DNA from: Mobula birostris
Lineage: Eukaryota
Assembly: GCF_030028105.1 (NCBI RefSeq)
Contig: NC_092402.1
Span: forward strand, 43,946,137 to 44,010,136
Length of the DNA: 64,000 nt
Direction of reading: 5' to 3'
Shown here piece after piece: positions 62,011-64,000 of this stretch. Below the pieces are notes generated by a model. The model did not search any database, was not told the DNA's origin, and worked only from the letters and a program-made list of their open reading frames with translations. The position numbers and the translations under genes are program-made. Position 1 is the first letter of the stretch; each line of letters starts with the position of its first letter.

Positions 62011-62850
62011 GTAAGTTTCCACTGTGTATTGAAAATAATCTGATACTGATGTAATGTTCAGTCTAAATATATTGGTTGTGTTTCAGTACAATGAAAATTC
62101 TAATGAATGTGTAATTTTCTCTTCTGTCTCTCTAATCTCCAATGAAATAGTTTTCTCTCCTTCCACAATTGAGTATTATAGAGTGCATGCATCAGCCATC
62201 ATGTGAATGAATTAGTATGACAATTAATATGGATTGGGACTGGATTCCTTCCCCCCCCCCCCCCATGTCACTAATTAATACAGTGCCCTAATGTTAAGGG
62301 GTTAAGAAATGTTGCTTTTCAGTCAGTCAGAGAACTCAGCATATATAGCAGAATAAATAGCACACAGAAAGCTTGAAATTAAAATGACTGGTGTAAAGGC
62401 AAAGCCTTGAACTATTGAAACTAATGTGAAACAGAAGTGGTAGAACAGTGCAGGCATGAAATATTGTTGATGGAAACAATGAAAATGGTTTCAAATTCAT
62501 GTACTAGATAGGACTTTTGCATGAAAACAAACTAAAAGATGTACTTAATTTCTGAGCATGTGATATGTTCCTGTTTTTATTAAAACAACAAACATCCAAA
62601 GTACAAATGAAATGAATAAAGAAAGCTATCAAAGTATAGTTTGTATTCTCCATGCATTAATTTTGTCAAATCCTCAATCACCATGTCCTGTGTCAGGTGG
62701 CACAGGAATCACTGCTGGGATATATTAGCATCTCATTGGAAAGTACAATAAGTAATGTGTAAATGAGCATTTTTTAAAATGGGTTTAAAAGCTACTAAAG
62801 GGTAAGACTGCTGAAATCCCTCTGTGACTTGCTTCTCTTCCTCCTTGCAG

Positions 62851-62941
62851 GAACTTTGAATTGCCCTGGTTGGATGAGCGTAGCAGGTGCAGGATAGACA
62901 TGCAGAAAAAACAGACACCACATCGAACATGTCGGAAATAG
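62851..62941 (+). CDS. MSL1: MSL1 last coding exon (NFELPWLDERSRCRIDMQKKQTPHRTCRK*)
   Basis: 91 nt, TAG at 62939-62941; matches the vertebrate C-terminus. Confidence 0.97.
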
Positions 62942-64000
62942 ATGCTTCGGACAGAAATTTGACTTGTATACTTGTATACAGCACTTGGATGCAAACAGGC
63001 AGAGATCTGGGGGTCTTCGAAAAGACCATCTGCCTGGGTATCTTGCTGAGTGTTTATATTGGTGTTTATAATTGATCATCACTATATCAATAACTGAATA
63101 GACTAATTTCTTGCCTTTATACTTTTTGCTTCTCTTACTGAAGTGAAAAACTTTTTCTTTTTGTCTGTTGAATTCTGACAGTTTCTTTTTTGCAAATTTG
63201 GTCATGTACAGAAAAAAAATTGAGACCATGTACAATAATCATGCACCTTTTTTAAAAAACATGTAAAGATGTTGCAAATAGCCCTGATTTCTTAGATTCA
63301 GTTATGTTTTTTTTTTCCAAATAATACCTGCCTTGATGTGTTAACCAGGATGCACTCTTAAAGTGGTTTCTGTCATCAGTTTATTGAACCTATAGTTCAA
63401 ATTTGGTAATCTGGGGCAATGTTGACTCATTCAATGTGCTGTGTTGCTGTTCCTGCTAAACTGTGGAACCTGGGCTAGAAAATGTTAAGTGGAAGATGTA
63501 AATATCTATCTTCTCATCTTGAACCACATATAGCCTTTCCACTAGGATTTGGTCCAAGCCAGAGACAAACGTCTTGAAACTGATGAGAAAACAGTATAAA
63601 CTATGGAAAGCATGCCCTTTCAGCAACTTGTATTAATCTGAACCCAAGCAAACAGATCAAATTTGAAGTTGCTCAAAATCTAGACACAACCTCAGGAGTC
63701 AGTGGGTGAATAAGCTGGAATAGGTGGGGTGGGGAAGGAGGTAAGGGACAGAAAGGAGCATGTGCAGCAGGTGAAATACAAGAAATTCACTAGTGGTTGC
63801 AAAGAAGAATGAAAAATCTTGCCACTTTTTGGCTTTACCTCACTGAACTGAGAACCATTGAATGAAGCAGTGCGATGGATTGCTTTGATTCATGCCATAT
63901 CCAGCTTGTCTAATATATCACAAATCACAGACTGTTATCCCAGTACAATCAACTTGTACTAAGGGGGGGGGGGGAGGAGAGGAGAAGCAAACCATGAAGG
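62942..64000 (+). other. MSL1: MSL1 3' UTR (probably extends past the window end)
   Basis: Repeat-free U-rich sequence after the stop; no clear canonical AATAAA seen before the window ends. Confidence 0.6.

Larger units (their letters stand above)
48014..62941 (+). other. MSL1: MSL1 (male-specific lethal 1 homolog) gene, coding span; 8 coding exons, 1503 nt CDS, 500 aa
   Basis: Coiled coil LKQIVLLQLDLIEQQQQQLQLKEREIDELK.../LLARLERMERRMQLVKK, PEHE domain, and C-terminal QTPHRTCRK*; all exon phases consistent. Confidence 0.97.

Noticed and set aside
1-64000. Prokaryote-type systems (CRISPR, operons, rRNA/tRNA genes)
   Set aside because: This is an intron-rich vertebrate locus; tRNA-like boxes occur only as SINE heads.

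Overview
Vertebrate genomic DNA, most likely from a cartilaginous fish (ray or shark), judged from its HE1/V-SINE-like, CR1, Rex1/Babar and Penelope-derived repeats. It holds two complete spliced protein-coding genes arranged head-to-head. CASC3 (MLN51/Barentsz, exon-junction-complex component) is on the minus strand: 13 coding exons, 28090->6997, 700 aa. MSL1 (scaffold of the MSL/KAT8 H4K16 acetyltransferase complex) is on the plus strand: 8 coding exons, 48014->62941, 500 aa. All exons were read by hand, with GT-AG boundaries and consistent phases. The ~20 kb between the two promoters and most introns are layered transposon remnants: a Gypsy LTR element with a nested L1, several Rex1/Babar and CR1 LINEs, two Tigger/pogo deletion derivatives, a hAT fragment with a nested palindromic MITE, a Tc1 derivative, SINEs and Penelope-derived fold-back elements. 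I found no convincing novel multi-gene system. The best leads are fold-back repeats with degenerate hammerhead-ribozyme cores, competing stop-bearing splice acceptors in the last CASC3 intron, an AT-rich uORF/AATAAA island in the MSL1 leader, and the divergent CASC3/MSL1 arrangement. Comparisons to human proteins and gene order are from memory, not database searches, and repeat boundaries are approximate unless a TIR or TSD is given.
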